A stretch of DNA of 64,000 nucleotides, taken from positions 34,472,001 to 34,536,000 of the forward strand of contig NC_045138.2 of the NCBI RefSeq assembly GCF_008831285.2. Reading direction: 5' to 3'. Source of the DNA: Nymphaea colorata. Its lineage: Eukaryota. Both the position numbers and the translations under genes were made by a program. Below are positions 35,982 through 49,385 of this stretch, one piece after another. The number at the start of each line of letters is the position of its first letter. Position 1 is the stretch's first letter. The notes under the pieces were generated by a model. The model was not told where the DNA came from. It made no database searches and saw only the letters and a program-made list of their open reading frames with translations.

Positions 35982-38900
35982 AGGGCTGTTGCACATATGC
36001 AGCTTCACCATAGCAGCTCCTGACCTCCTCCTAAAGAGAGAGAAAGAGAGAGCAAGGGACTTGAGAAACTCGTGCTTAGAGGTCGACTGTTTAAACTTTA
36101 AAATATGATGAGAGAGAGGTTGGGGCCAAAGATTTTTGCCCCTTTTAATTTTTGTTTTATTTATTTGACATTTTTTGTAAAATTTCTTAACCAACATTCA
36201 CACATATTTCAGAAAGAAATAAATTTTTAAAACTTGCAAATATCTGTTAACAAACCTGTTGTAAAGTTTTCTTAACCTCCCCTCAACATTTACACATATT
36301 ACAGAAAAAAAAAAGATGATGAGAGAGAGGTTGGGGCGAAAGTTTTTTGACCCTTTTAATTTTTGTTTTGTTTATTTGAACTTGCAAATATGAAAGAGAG
36401 AGAGAGACACACAAAAAATCTGCCGCACTCTTGAGGTACATTTTTTAATTTGTTGAGTCTACACCCTTACTGCCATACCCACACCCGCTCCCATTCAGAC
36501 ACCCATGTGCCTTCGTGGGCTGATTTCCACTCCCAAGTGTACCAGTGCCCTCATTTTCTTCTTTCCTCCATCTGTTCAAGTAACACTCGCTTGACTGCCA
36601 CCTGCTGACTGTTGTTATCATCCCCTTCATTTTGACAAACTATTCCTTGAGTTAATTTTGCATGGCAAATGGCATTCTGGCCTCCATTCAAATAGACAAC
36701 TCCTATTTTCTTTTCTCTGCAATTTGTGCAACTTCATAAGATTTCCCAACAAGTTGCTGAGATGGGGTTTTTGCATTTCAATTTGGAGGTTCTCTTCGAG
36801 CCTCTCTATAATTGTGCCCATTAGGGTTTTCATTGGCCATCCATCACCTGGTGTCTTACAAGTTACACTTTCATGCGTGGCTTGATACCCTTGCAACATT
36901 CCCCGTTGCTGTAACTTGGAGAGGTCCACACTGAAGTTCATGGAGGGTGACAACATGAGTTTTTGGTTTTCATTGCCTTCACAAATTCCTATTACGAGGG
37001 TCCTTCTTGCAACCCCTCATGTAGAAAATACCAGTGTTTTGTGTCTGCCTCTTGATGGACTGTTGCATGCATTACAAGTGCCTCTAACGCTACTTGTTGG
37101 CAGGTGAATTACTGTTTACCCAAAATACCCAACTGAGTGAGTCTTCACCCTTAAACCTAGGACGATTCCAACTTCTTAAAGTAGTTTGCATTGGTTGATC
37201 CTACATCCCCCAGACTCTTTCCATTGTAGGGCTTGTGTGTGCTATATACCATAAGTACCATGAGAACTGTTACGTGTGTTTGACAGATTGCCAACTGACA
37301 ATGGTGGAACCTTTAGTTTTGCTTCTTAAGGACTTGCTCCATCTTTCGTTTTGTGCTTGGTTTGATGAAAGGTTGCTGCTACATTTGTCCTATGTCCTAT
37401 TTCAGTAGGGCCATTGTCATAAATATTCTATGTCCTACTTCAGTAGGGCCATTGTCGTAAATATTCTTTTTTTTTTTAGCACATCAAGGTAAAAATAAAC
37501 AATAATGAAGAATGAAAAACGTGAATAAGTGGACAAAGCAAAATTATTGCTTGTCTATTTTTGTTAGAAAGTGAATTTTTAACACATTTTATTTCTTCTG
37601 CCAAGACTTCACTTGGAGGGGTACTCCTCTAGAAGCTTTTGATTACAAGAGTTGTTGATGTTCCCTTTTACATTAAGGTTTTGTTAATACTGTGGAATCC
37701 CATCCACGTGAGTTGGTGCTGAATGCCAATGCCTGGTCCTTGTTAACCTATCCTGTAAGGGCCTTATGAGACAGTCTATGTGAAGCACTGCTGCCCATAC
37801 TTGCAATTTGCACAACAGTCAACACCAACAAGCAACTCTATGTGAAATGCGTGGTTTGAATGTAACAGAAAATATCATTTTTGTTCTTGAAAGACATTAC
37901 ACACTGCTATATAATTGGATCTGGATATGTTGGGGATGCCGTTCAATCAATCCATGTGATATGATGGACAGTGTCTTTACAAAAAAATAAAAATGAATAA
38001 ATAAGGAGATCTTTCACCAATCTCTGTCCTATGTGCTTGACAAAGCTCTGTAATGGTCCCATCTCTTTTTGCTGGTCGTTGAAGGATCACCAAAGACCTT
38101 CGCCTCTCCCTTAGATAGAGAGAGAGGACTTCCCTTCAACCTCTGATAGGTTTCTGACTACGGTTGCTGCCCTTGTTTCACTGCATTATCTGCTAGCTGT
38201 AATCATAATGTTATGGCAGTGATTTTATGCTGAAATTTCTTTCAGGTTCCTACAGAACAGAAGCTGCCTACATTATATCTTCTGGATAGCATTGTAAAGA
38301 ATATTGGTGGTGATTATATTAGGTACTTTGCTGCCCGTCTTCATGAGGTGAGTGGTTATTCTTGTTCAGCATGAAGCTGTGAGACTTATAAATAGCTGAG
38401 GGCACATGCTTACTCCATTTTCTCTTTTATTGTTTTGAATTTCTATACATTTCCCATCACAACGCAGGTCTGGCCAGATGCCTATCCATGTAATATAGAG
38501 GCTACAAATTTGCCATGCCCGAGTTTGGTGCACACCGGTTACATTATGGGTGCTCTGATGGTTATTATACTTTATGTACTTTATGCTCTAATCGAAGACA
38601 TTTACAAGTCTATACACACACACACAAACTGCACTCTTTTTTCCTTTCCCACTCACGCAACATAGTTGCTAATATGTGCACTCTTCCTTTGTTGTCCTGG
38701 CAAGGCATATCTGTTTTCTGATGTTGTGCCCATATATTTCTGGTTGTTCTTTGTTTCTGCTACCTCTTACTTTTTCCCTTTCGCCAGGTTTTCTGTAAAG
38801 CTTATAGACAAGTAGATTCAAGTTTGTATCCTGCAATGCGGCACCTTTTTGGAACATGGGTTGGTTTTTTCCCATCAAATGTTCTGTGTGCCATTGAAGC

Positions 38901-41900
38901 TGATTTACAGTTTTCCCCAATGAGAAGCCAGTCTTCTGGCTTGACATCTTCCAGACCAATATCAGAAGCAAATTCTCCTAGGCCAGCACATGGTATCCAT
39001 GTTAATCCCAAGTACCTGGAAGCAAGACGCTGCATTGACCATCCAAACCTAGTATGTCTAGTTTTTTTTTTTTTTTACTTGCAGGTGCATCCCTTTTGTT
39101 TCTTTTTGTCTTATTTGGTGTTCACTATAACAAAAATTAATATTTAATCTGTTTTTCAACTACAGTTTGTATACCTAACATTTCATACTCTATGCAGGTA
39201 CGTAAAGGCAGTCCTCAAAATAGTGTGCAGAGCAGCTCTTTAGAAGAAGAAAGATTAGAGGCAGAGACTACAGGAAGCCGAAAAGTATGGTCCACAAATT
39301 CCCCAAAGTCCTTATGTGCATTTCTCTGGACCTCCTTTTTGTTGTATCATCTTTTGATCCATCATTTGTGGGATGGCAAGCTGCTGCAACAACGTTGAAT
39401 AGTTTTTTCTATTTGGGTATAGTTTATTTGGTTCAAAATTTGTAAGATTTGTGCATATAACATTATGTCGTGTACATAGCAATGTAAGCATGAATTATGA
39501 CAGAATTGTGGAAGATAGAACATGAAATTTCTATATAAAATCTGAGAGAGAGAGAGAAGAGAGGGTGGGGGGGGGGAGAGAGAGAGAGTTGTTCCAACTT
39601 TGTAAGCATCACCATCCTTCTTAAACTTCAAGTATTTTGGGCTGGCGAACATAGTGAACATGTTCTAAGTATCACTACTTGTAGCAAAGTTGCGGTTGTG
39701 AAAAGTTTATTGTCAAAAGTGCAGCACAGTTCATTTTTGCATGCATACGCTTAAAGATGCCCAATTGTGTAACTTTTTTGATGAAATGTTTGGACACAAA
39801 ATTGCAGGTGGCGATAAACTACTTGCCTAAATATTTTTTAATGATATATAATAATATAACAAATAACAAATAATGATCAACCAAATCTTGCCAAGACACT
39901 TCATGCTCTATTTGGATCATAAGATGCACAAAATGTGTTTTATTTTGAACAAGTTGATGCCTACTCGTAAATTTGAAAATTTGAAGTGCCAATACAAGAT
40001 ACCACTACAGGAGCTGGTGGAAATGTCCATGTAACAAAGACAGAGGAGAGGAAGGATGCTTTTCTTGGTCTTCATCAAATTCTAGTTTTGCACAATTGAC
40101 TTTTTTCTCCATGTAACAAAGGCAGAGGAGAGGAAGGATGCTCTTCTTGGTCTTCATCGAATTCTAGTTTTGCACAATTGACTTTTTTCTCTGAAGTTTG
40201 AAAATACATTTATATTCCATATTAGCTACGTGTGAATTGCAGTATGGTATTGTGGTGAGAGTGAAATGATGTTATGCTGCATTAACAGTTGTTTTTAGCT
40301 CTGATTTTTTATTATATTTCTTGCCATGCAGGTGAAACAGCCTCATGGGGCAGTCTTTTCCAGCATACCTCATGGAAAAGTGGCCTCTATTGGACACAGA
40401 GAGTATGATTTTGACCAGGGAGAAGTCAGTTCTCAAAGAATGGGAATTGGAAAGGCAGACTTGCGGAGGATGCCAATGGAGACTGCACCTCCTATTGGTG
40501 GAACTGAGAGGCTGGTTTCATCATCAAGAGTGAAGCTCACAAGGCCCCTTTCTCCTGCAAGGTCTTCTTCCCCACCAGATGGTAGGACTACACTAACCAG
40601 GTCCCCGAGGAAAATTATAGTAGAGAAAGCATCTCCGTCGCGGTCTCTACTTGGTAGTAGGACAATTGAAGTGCGTAGCGACCAGAGAGAGTGGCATGAC
40701 ATGCATTTGTCTTATGGTGCCAATCAGATGACAGTAAGTTCTGCTGCAATGTCCTCGGGTGGGCAGAGCAATGGATACAGTCAACACCGTAGACCCCTTC
40801 CAGGAGTGCTGACTGATGCATACGGGAACTACAGGGGAAAAGGTACCCTTCATGGAAAGGTGTCAAAAATTGAGCAAATTGATGTGACTGGCATAAACAA
40901 TGGTCCAGCTACAAGAAGTTGGCAAAATTCAGAGGAAGAAGAATATATATGGGAGGACATGAGTCCAACTTTATCTGATCGTAGCAAGAAAAATGATCTA
41001 GCATCATCTGAGAGCACTTCTGTACGCACAAACACTTGGATGAATCTCCAAACATCCAGCGCTCAAGCTCTTAAAGCTGGACTAAATAGGGGCAATCACC
41101 CTAGTCAGGATTCACGGTCATTTACAAATGACCGTTTCAATTTTGTGGAAGAGGGGAACCTTGTGCCATATGTATGAGACTTGCTCTTGCTTGTTTTTCA
41201 GACAAATTGATTAACATTTTTGTGTGATCTTCCTTGCATCAGATTCATTTTTAGGAGTGTGAGGGAATGATATAAGATTAGTGTGTTCTTGGTCTATTTA
41301 TTGTCAAGTTGTCAATGCGTTGACAAGCTTTAATGCGTCGCTTGGTGAATACTAGACTGCCACTGGACAGAAACCGTTTCTTATTAATATACATGCTCCT
41401 GCAGGTTTTACTTTTTCTTTTATACAACATAATATTTTTCCTGGGAAAATTGTATGTGTGTTTAGGAGATAGCGTGTATTATGATGCAATATAAAACTGA
41501 AAAGCGTTCTCTCTGAGACGGATCAAAAGATAATGTCTTGTTAACAAGTTTCATTTTCTTGTGTTGGGCAACAATGTCGTCATTTTCTGCCATATATGTA
41601 GACTTCATTTTTCATGAAATAGTTCTTTTTTCTTTTTGTTGTCCCATGACCTGTTTCTAACTTTGTACAATGAAGTCATAATTCTATTCACTGCTTCACA
41701 TTCTTCTGATGCATATATTATCTTTCCTTTGCCTATGTTGACTTGCTTGTGTGTTATGTTTTATTTCCTCCTAAAATAACTGACATGGGCAGGTAATATT
41801 GGAACACATGTTTGAAGAATGAATTCCTTATTTTTGGTGATGAAGGATAAGTGGATTGTGTGAAAATAATGTGAAATGTGATGCTTTTTTCCTTCTTTCA

Positions 41901-44900
41901 GCAGTTCCTAGGATATCTTGGCATGGTGCTTGGTGTTTTTGTTCACCAACAGTAATTTCATTTTTCTTGCTACTCTGGTGCATAGAAGTGAGACTCAATC
42001 TTGTTTGCTCTTTTAGGTGGGGTCATTCCAGTATTTTGCAACCCAGAGTGGCTTTGGATGGGCCGATATGGAGAATGTTTTGCTCCATTGTCCTAGAAAT
42101 AATCTGAAACTACTCTGACTACTTTGGTGGTTCTATGTATATATCGCTCTGAACTTGCTGTCTTTTTATCTTGTAGCCTGGCCGTAGGTACAACAGCAGG
42201 GAGTCTCTTGGTACCAGACGTAGCAGGAATGAACCACTGCCTCATATTCTGTCATCTGGTGTAGGTGAAGAGCATAGTACATTAGTGCATCGTTTTGGGC
42301 AGCCTCTGCAGCAGCAGCTTGAGCTGAAGGCAGGGATGAGCAGCTTCCAGTTTGTGGGACCACTAGGTGGTGTTACTCAGTTAAGCGGTCAGCCAAACCC
42401 CTCTGCCAGCAGTCATGTGCTTGAAACCAGTATGTTAGACAGGTATTCAAGGGCCCCTGCAATGACAGGACCTTTACAAGTAGAAGGTTATGGTTTGGAT
42501 AAACCGCCAGCATCATCTAGGGTGTTGACAACAGAGAAATATGTTGCACAAAGGCCACATTCCCCCTCTGTTGCGTGGTCGCCTTCTCCTGCAGCACTCC
42601 CTTTGACTTCAGGTCATGCTTCCAGGATTTCTCAGCAAAAGAGTCAATTTGATTTGCTTGAGATTAAAAATTCACAGGCAAATCAAGGTCAAAATCCACA
42701 TTCAATTAACCCTCTTCAGCGGGCTGATGATATGGAGAAGAAGTCAGCCGCCTCAGTTAAGCTTCTGGAGTTGCCTTACCGGCATCCTCTTTTGACACAG
42801 CCAAACCATGCTGATAGCGAGCAAGTTATTCCCATTCTTCCACCACAAGGAAGTTCTGTGTTTCCTGGGGGGCAACATTTGTCTGTCCTTACCGCAGCAC
42901 ATCCCAGAAATCAGGGAACACTGCAAGAACATGGAAACATGGGTGTTTCACCTATAATTTCAGCACCTGGAATATCTCCATTATTTATCCCATCCACTGT
43001 TTCCTCATCTCACATTCTAGGAAAACCTCCGTTGCCTCCAGGACTGCCACCTTCCCTATCACAAGTTGGACCTCCATTGTTAAATTCAGCTCCTATCCTG
43101 CCCCATCCACAATCAGGAAATTCACTTTTGGGCCAACAACCGGGGCATGCACTTACTGGCCTTATAAGTTCTCTTATGTCTCAGGGATTGATTAAACCTC
43201 CATCAGTATTACAGGTAAGACTTGTGGCGCTTAAGTGTCTTTTCAGGCTATTGGTTTATCGTGTGTGCAGTGTTCTTTCATACCCAAAGGTATGAACCTC
43301 TATTGGGTTATTGCATATAATTTCAGGAGTTGATTGGATTGGAGTTTAATGAACAAGTTCTGAGGGTTCGCCATGAATCTGCAATCAATGCACTCTATGC
43401 TGACTTGCCAAGGCAATGCACCACTTGTGGACTGCGCTTCAAATTGCAAGAAGAACATAGCAATCACATGGATTGGCATGTCACGAAGAATCGTATTTCT
43501 AGAAATCGTAAACAAAAACAGTCACGTAAGTGGTTTGTAAGTGCTAAGGAATGGTTAAGTGGAGCAGAGGGTGTGGGAGCAGATGCTGTTCCTGCATTTT
43601 TGCCTATTGAAATGGTTTCAGAAAAAAAGGAAGAGGAGATGGCTGTCCCAGCTGATGAAAACCAAAATGTTTGTGCATTATGCGGGGAGCCTTTTGAAGA
43701 TTTTTATAGTGATGAAACTGAAGAATGGATGTACAAGGGAGCAGTGTACATGAATGCTCCTGATGGATTTAAGGAGGGCATGGAAAGGTCCCAATTGGGA
43801 CCCATTGTACATTCCAAATGCAGGTCAGAGTCTACATTCCTCCCTCTTGAAGACGCTGATGGGGTTGAGATGGTAAGCTCTCTGATTAACCTTCTTTAGA
43901 AGGCATCATTTCTGTTGCTGGTGTTCTGTAGGTCCTTTTGATGACATGCTTTGAATTGCTGTTGTTTCTGATGTCATTATGGTCTGGTTGATTTTACCTT
44001 ACTTTTCTTTAGGACTATTTTTCTCCATTCAATTAAATGAGCATACATTTGTAATATTTTCTTATGTGTGATAAGCATTCTGCATTTACGTCAATCTTCT
44101 GCCATGCCTGTAGATTACTCTTATTAATACAGGTTAATCTTGTAATAAAATTTGATTGACAAGTTGATGGAATTATAAAGGTTCTATGAAGTAGGTCCTT
44201 ACTCCTTAGTACACAAAACTATGAATTTGATGTGATTTGCATGGCATTGACTTACCAACTGGCTTGCAGAGTTGCAAAAAAGGATACTATCAGAAACAAA
44301 TAAATGCACATTTTTTTTTTCTGGTCACACAGATAGAAGACAGTTAGAAAATGTTATATAGAATGGTTTGGATGTCACAGTAATGAACTTGGACATATTG
44401 TAAATAATAGGAAATTGAGGAGGACCATTGGAGACTCCGGTGGATGACTACGCCGTAAGTTGGCTACTATATCTTTCAACATGATAAATTGAGACCGTGA
44501 CTTCATATGACTTTGCTGATTGAGCGTTAATATGGTCATATTGGAAAGTTAAAGTTTTCTCAGTCGCTTAGTTTGTTCAAAAAGGTTGCTGTCTGCTAGT
44601 TGGTGCTTTCTGCTAATTCTAGTCCTGCACTGGAAGTGTTGAATTCAACCGTCATTTTCTGGCATCCACATTTCAACATTGAAGAGTCTGCGTTGGACTT
44701 AAGTAATCATCTTTGCAGATTTTGAAGGCCATGAGACATGGCCTTTTTTCCTTGTTTTGTTGAACGTTCTTCAGTTTTAATCTACTGTAAGGGCAGGTGA
44801 ATTAAAGATTTTATTTTCTTTTGCATCTGTTAGCTTCCTTTAGTAGTAAAGCGCCACCTCTCTTTGTTTTTGTCTCTTTCTTGCATGGACATCTTTTTAA

Positions 44901-45196
44901 CGTCCTTTTATTTTAAGTAGAGAAACGTTTGCATGTTTTTGAGGGCAAATAATATAATAAAGTTATCTGGTTTTAGTTTTGCTTAGAGTTTGGTGGTTGT
45001 GATTCGTTTGATTTGTGATTGAATGCAACATTATAGATCATATAGTTTGGCGCATTTAATTTATAATTTCGTTCAACCATCGTGAATATTTATTGAACCA
45101 CTGCAGGTAAAATACATCAAAGTTGATTCTCTTTTCTTCTGTTTCCAGGGGGAGGATGATATACTGAGTAATCAAAGGAAAAGAATTCGGCTCTAG
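33055..45196 (+). CDS. PCFS4: PCF11-like polyadenylation and cleavage factor (PCFS4-like), about 1100 aa
   Basis: Exons 33055-33444, 38246-38347, 38788-39051, 39198-39284 (donor uncertain), 40332-41171, 42177-43214, 43327-43872 and 45149-45196. CID domain ([31 protein letters not shown]), [16 protein letters not shown], zinc fingers CTTCGLRF...HMDWH and CALCGEPF...HSKC, C-terminal basic RKRIRL. Confidence 0.93.
34516..37160 (-). mobile_element. Highly decayed Ty3/gypsy retrotransposon fragments in PCF11 intron 1, interrupted at about 35760-36420
   Basis: Minus-strand, frameshifted gag-like peptides at about 36600-37160: [44 protein letters not shown]...[22 protein letters not shown]. Weaker pol-like traces ([11 protein letters not shown]) near 34516-34700. 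Confidence 0.55.
37390..37466. repeat. About 38-bp tandem duplication
   Basis: CTATGTCCTA(T/C)TTCAGTAGGGCCATTGTC(A/G)TAAATATT x2. Confidence 0.85.
40026..40190. repeat. 82-bp tandem duplication in PCF11 intron
   Basis: TCCATGTAACAAAG...GCACAATTGACTTTTTTC starts at 40026 and 40108, with about 3 mismatches. Confidence 0.9.
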
Positions 45197-46329
45197 GTTA
45201 ATGCAGATTCAACCCTCATTTGTACATTACTGGAGTCTAGACAGGGTTTTTTTGGCTCTTAAAAGGTTCTTTATGGTTGAATCTGCAAAAATTTGCCTAA
45301 TGGCAATCTTTGTGTCTGTATATTGGATGTTGTACCCCCGGTTATCCTTCATCTAAGGAAATCTCTCTCTCTCCCTGTCTCTGAACTATGACATGGTTTT
45401 CCTTTATGCGGTTGTTCGAGTACAAAAGTGTAGGTAGATTCTGGAGCCTGACCAATTTCTTGTCTCGCTTTGCAGCAATTCTCCTTAAGAGTCTATGGAT
45501 GATTTTAACATTTTGAGAAAGCTCACCTTCATTAGCTTGGGATTTTGATGGCTGCCACTCAGAAACTTGCCGTGGGATCATGGGCGTCAATATAAGGAAT
45601 GAGCTTCTGAACATGTTTTGCCATTCTACTTGAATCTTTCTCGAAGCAGGATTACAAGGGAAACCTGCTATGCTCTCCCTTGCAGTATCTGATGTCAATC
45701 ATTTTCAGGCACTTCCTGCGATTCTGGAGAAGTTTTGCTGTCATGCTTGACCACGGGCTAACTCCAGATAGGTTATAGAGCAGAATATCGATTACTTGTA
45801 TTTTTCTACTTCCATCGTGTATAAATTATGACCCGTCAATAGCCGCTGGGAAATTTTTCTTCTGCACTTTCTGGTGCGACACCATGTTCACATTTGGAAA
45901 TGTTACGAGCGTAAACTTTTTTCTCCTCTTTTTGTGTCTTCTTGAAAGACTTACGAGAGCACGTAATGATGTGCGCTGTACTACGGAAGAAAATTTGAAG
46001 TGGCCGCTGCTCAACTGTATTCGATCTCACCCTTGAACACCCTCTATTGCTTATCATGTTCAGGTTATTCCTTGTTTGATCTGGGACAGCGCCGCCTACC
46101 CCCAGGTTATTCTAGAGGGTGAATCTAAATGTAAGAGAGAGAGAGAGAGAGAGAGATCTTTTATTCAACATATCAAACCCAACAAGCCGTTGGGAAACAA
46201 AAGAGCATACAAAGCAAACTCAACATTCTGGTTTGAAACTTTTTCAGAATGGAAAACTCCATCCGGTGACCAACTAAAATTCCAAACTCTAATTGTCGAA
46301 CATCAAGAGATGGCTGCCTCTAAATAATA

Positions 46330-46540
46330 TCATCCACAGACATTGCTGTGAATAGTCAGTACCTCCACAGGCCATGATGTGACATACAACCACAACTCTC
46401 ATCACTTGAGCTGTTTAACACAACCTCTCAGCCCAACTCTTCAATGCCATTTGAAAGGTAGTTAGTGCCTATAGGAATTGAACCCAACAAGTGTTGCTCA
46501 TGCACCGTAGGCCCAACCAGCTACACTACACGCCCTTTGC
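46330..46540 (-). mobile_element. tRNA-derived SINE (Pol III internal promoter head); 3' end uncertain
   Basis: The minus strand reads GGGCGTGTAGTGTAGCTGG (box A-like, 46528-46517) then GGTTCAATTCC (box B, 46484-46474) at tRNA-like spacing. No closed cloverleaf acceptor stem is visible. Confidence 0.6.
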
Positions 46541-47215
46541 CAAAAGAGGGAGAGAGAAAGAGAGCCAAAGCAAAACGTTCTGCAACTTCCTCCAATCTCG
46601 GTTCCAATGGCACCTTTTTCTGGAAGACCACCTTTTCAAGAGGGACTGAGAAGAGAGTGAAAAACGTAAAGCAGATTTAATTTATGATTCGCGGTCGTTA
46701 TTTGATTTAAAAGTTAACTTTCCCCGTCCTCTGTGGTCAAAACGTGGCTTCCGTAGCGTGTAGACTGGTTAGCTTACGAAAATTGTTTTCACCCGGACAT
46801 GCGTTTGCCATTGGCTTATTTGTTGGGGGTGCTAATCTTTCCCATTTTATTTGTTGTTAAACAAACCTTTTGTGTTTACTTATTGTTTTAATCAGGTCAA
46901 ACACAGATGAAGCTCATTGAGCTGGCCGACGATAGAGTAGCTCCATTTGTGCCTGAAGCAGCCAAATGGTTGGGTTTGAGGGCCTAGACGCATCGCTTAT
47001 TTCATGTTAGGCATGTTTCCTCCAGACTGCTTGGTAAGCTCATACCATCTAAGTTTGTCATAACAAAACTTGCCCATCTTTTCCCCATTTTCCAAAATAT
47101 GTTGATGAAGTGCACCCGAACATGCTAAGGAAAAAAAGTGAATCAGGACTAATATTAGGAGAAAACTTGGAGATTAACTGATTTGAATTAACTGAATGTG
47201 GTATATATGTTTTTG

Positions 47216-47376
47216 TAAGGGTGGAGCCAGAAATTTTTTGTTGCAAGCTAAACTATATTTTCAAAATTTTAAGAGAGACAAAAAGAGAAAATTTTAAATT
47301 TCTATATATATTAAATTAATTTAAAATCTGATGGGGGGCCAAGTACCCTGCCAGCCTCCCCTTCCCTCCGCCCCTA
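47216..47376. mobile_element. hAT-derived MITE (about 160 bp)
   Basis: Termini TAAGGGTGGAG / CTCCGCCCCTA form an imperfect TIR. AT-rich core. Flanks TGTTTTTG/TGTTTCTA resemble a decayed 8-bp TSD. Confidence 0.65.
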
Positions 47377-49172
47377 TGTTTCTAGATCTACCCACATTTA
47401 ACTATACTTGGAAGATTTCATTTGCTTTTGCACATGTGACACCTAATTGTTAAGGCTGGGTATAGGGCTGAGTATCCAATGGGTAGTAGTTTGATTGGGC
47501 TCACTACATTTTTTAATATTATTTTTAACATATATATATATATATATTATTACAATTAATTATATATATATATATAATTTTATATTGTTTATTTTAACCG
47601 AACCGAGCTTGAGCTCAGGTTTCGAGCGAAGCTCGAGCAGCAGTAACGAACTTGGCCCGGTGCAAACGCTGACTCTGTAGAGCTGAGATGCCCAGACCTG
47701 CAAATAGTGCTGGTGGTGTCTCAATTCTTGGGAAGTGATTACACAATAGGGTAAAGTGCAGTCTGCCTTTACATTCATGTGGTTTGCATGTTGCCTTTCT
47801 GTTGTTCTTGGGCAACCCTCATCAGAATTCAAAAACTATTGGGAATTAAAACTAATTTCCGTTGTGCGACCATGAGCACCAAATGCAATCGTATAGAAAA
47901 AATTTAATCCTGCTTTTTAGCTTGGTACTGACTCCAAAATAAGGGATCGACGCCCAACCTCGTTTGGTAAATAAATTAGTCAAAGCTCTCGACAGGTTCA
48001 CACCTGAAGGCCACTCGAGGCGGCTGTTCCTACCTCCCCTAACCAGAAGCGAATGATGACGAACTGAAGCGAACACATTTGGTTAGTTTCAGGAAGTGGT
48101 AATTATAAACGTTATTCTTCTTCTTCTTCATCTGGCTTTCATAGTTCATCGATCATTGTTAACCATTTCCCACAGTCTTCCTTTTCTCCGCGTCACCAAT
48201 CGTAAGAGAAGAAAGGAGGAGGTGGTCGGATAAAGGCGAGGGGAATGCTCATAAATGAAGATGTTGCGGATGCCGACGACAATAAATGCCGTTCTAGCTT
48301 TTCCACTGTCTACAGAAAGCTTAAGCGGAAAAGCAGCAGTTCCACATTCCAAAAGTTGGGGTACATATATTCAATTGAGAGTTGCCTATTAATTGCTGCT
48401 TAGTTTTGTATGGAATAGCAATGGATACGGCCACAAGAAGAGGGCAAAAAGAAAAAAAGGGGAAAGGATCATGATACTCATTGACATGCAGTCTGCCTTA
48501 CTCATCACCATCGATCAATACGTAGTAAATATGAACAACCGAACGGCAACGCCTGCCGGTTGTTCAGCAGATGGGCGCACCCTTCATTTCTCCTTTTCTG
48601 ATCACTAATTTTTACTTGAAGAAATCCCCAACAGCTTGATCGGGCTCTCCGGCGGCCGGCCCCAGTGAATGAGCCTCGCGATGAGGTTTTGTTATTTCGA
48701 TCTCCGAACCGTTTGCAGAATCCTGTTCCCTAATTTAACATGGTTGGTACCCTGCGAAGAAGAAGAAGAGATGGGAATATTTTGGAGGCTGGTGGGTAGC
48801 AGCCAATAATTAATTGAATGGAACCCGTTTTCTTTTTGTCTTTCCTGCTTCAGGTCAGCCGGCGGTTGCGGTGATAATGAACTACACCAGACTGTGGTTA
48901 CTTACTTACTGCCCCATGGGCCACCAATTTTGTAGGTCTCCACACCAAGCCATTCGTTGGGACAGCAACAGCTGGCCTGGGTCCCAGCGCCATCCGGCAG
49001 GTCATTTCAGGCCCAACCACGTCCGGTCAGATCTAGTTGGGTCGCTTGACCACCGGACCCACCGTAGCGGCGATGCAAATGTACATTTAATTTGGAATTG
49101 TATATGGTACAGATGCTTATGAAGATGAAATCTACAAGAAATTTTCAAAACATGGGTTAAAGATCAAATTCA

Positions 49173-49385
49173 GAGGGTGTTTGGTCGACACCTTCACCTA
49201 AATCGGTCTTTTAAAACCCTGGTTTTATTATGAAAACTATTTTTTAAAAAAAAAAACTTGATTAGTTTGATTGGGCGATACGCCTAAAACATGTTTTTTC
49301 ATAAATAGCTTAATAAGGTCTGTTTTTTCATTTCGTTTTATAAAACCAGATATAGTCAAAATTAGGTTTTTCCCAAACCCAACTT
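49173..49385. mobile_element. Possible Tourist/PIF-Harbinger MITE
   Basis: Starts GAGGGTGTTTGG and ends ...CCCAAACCC, with an AT-rich interior containing AAAACC/GGTTTT motifs. Confidence 0.35.
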
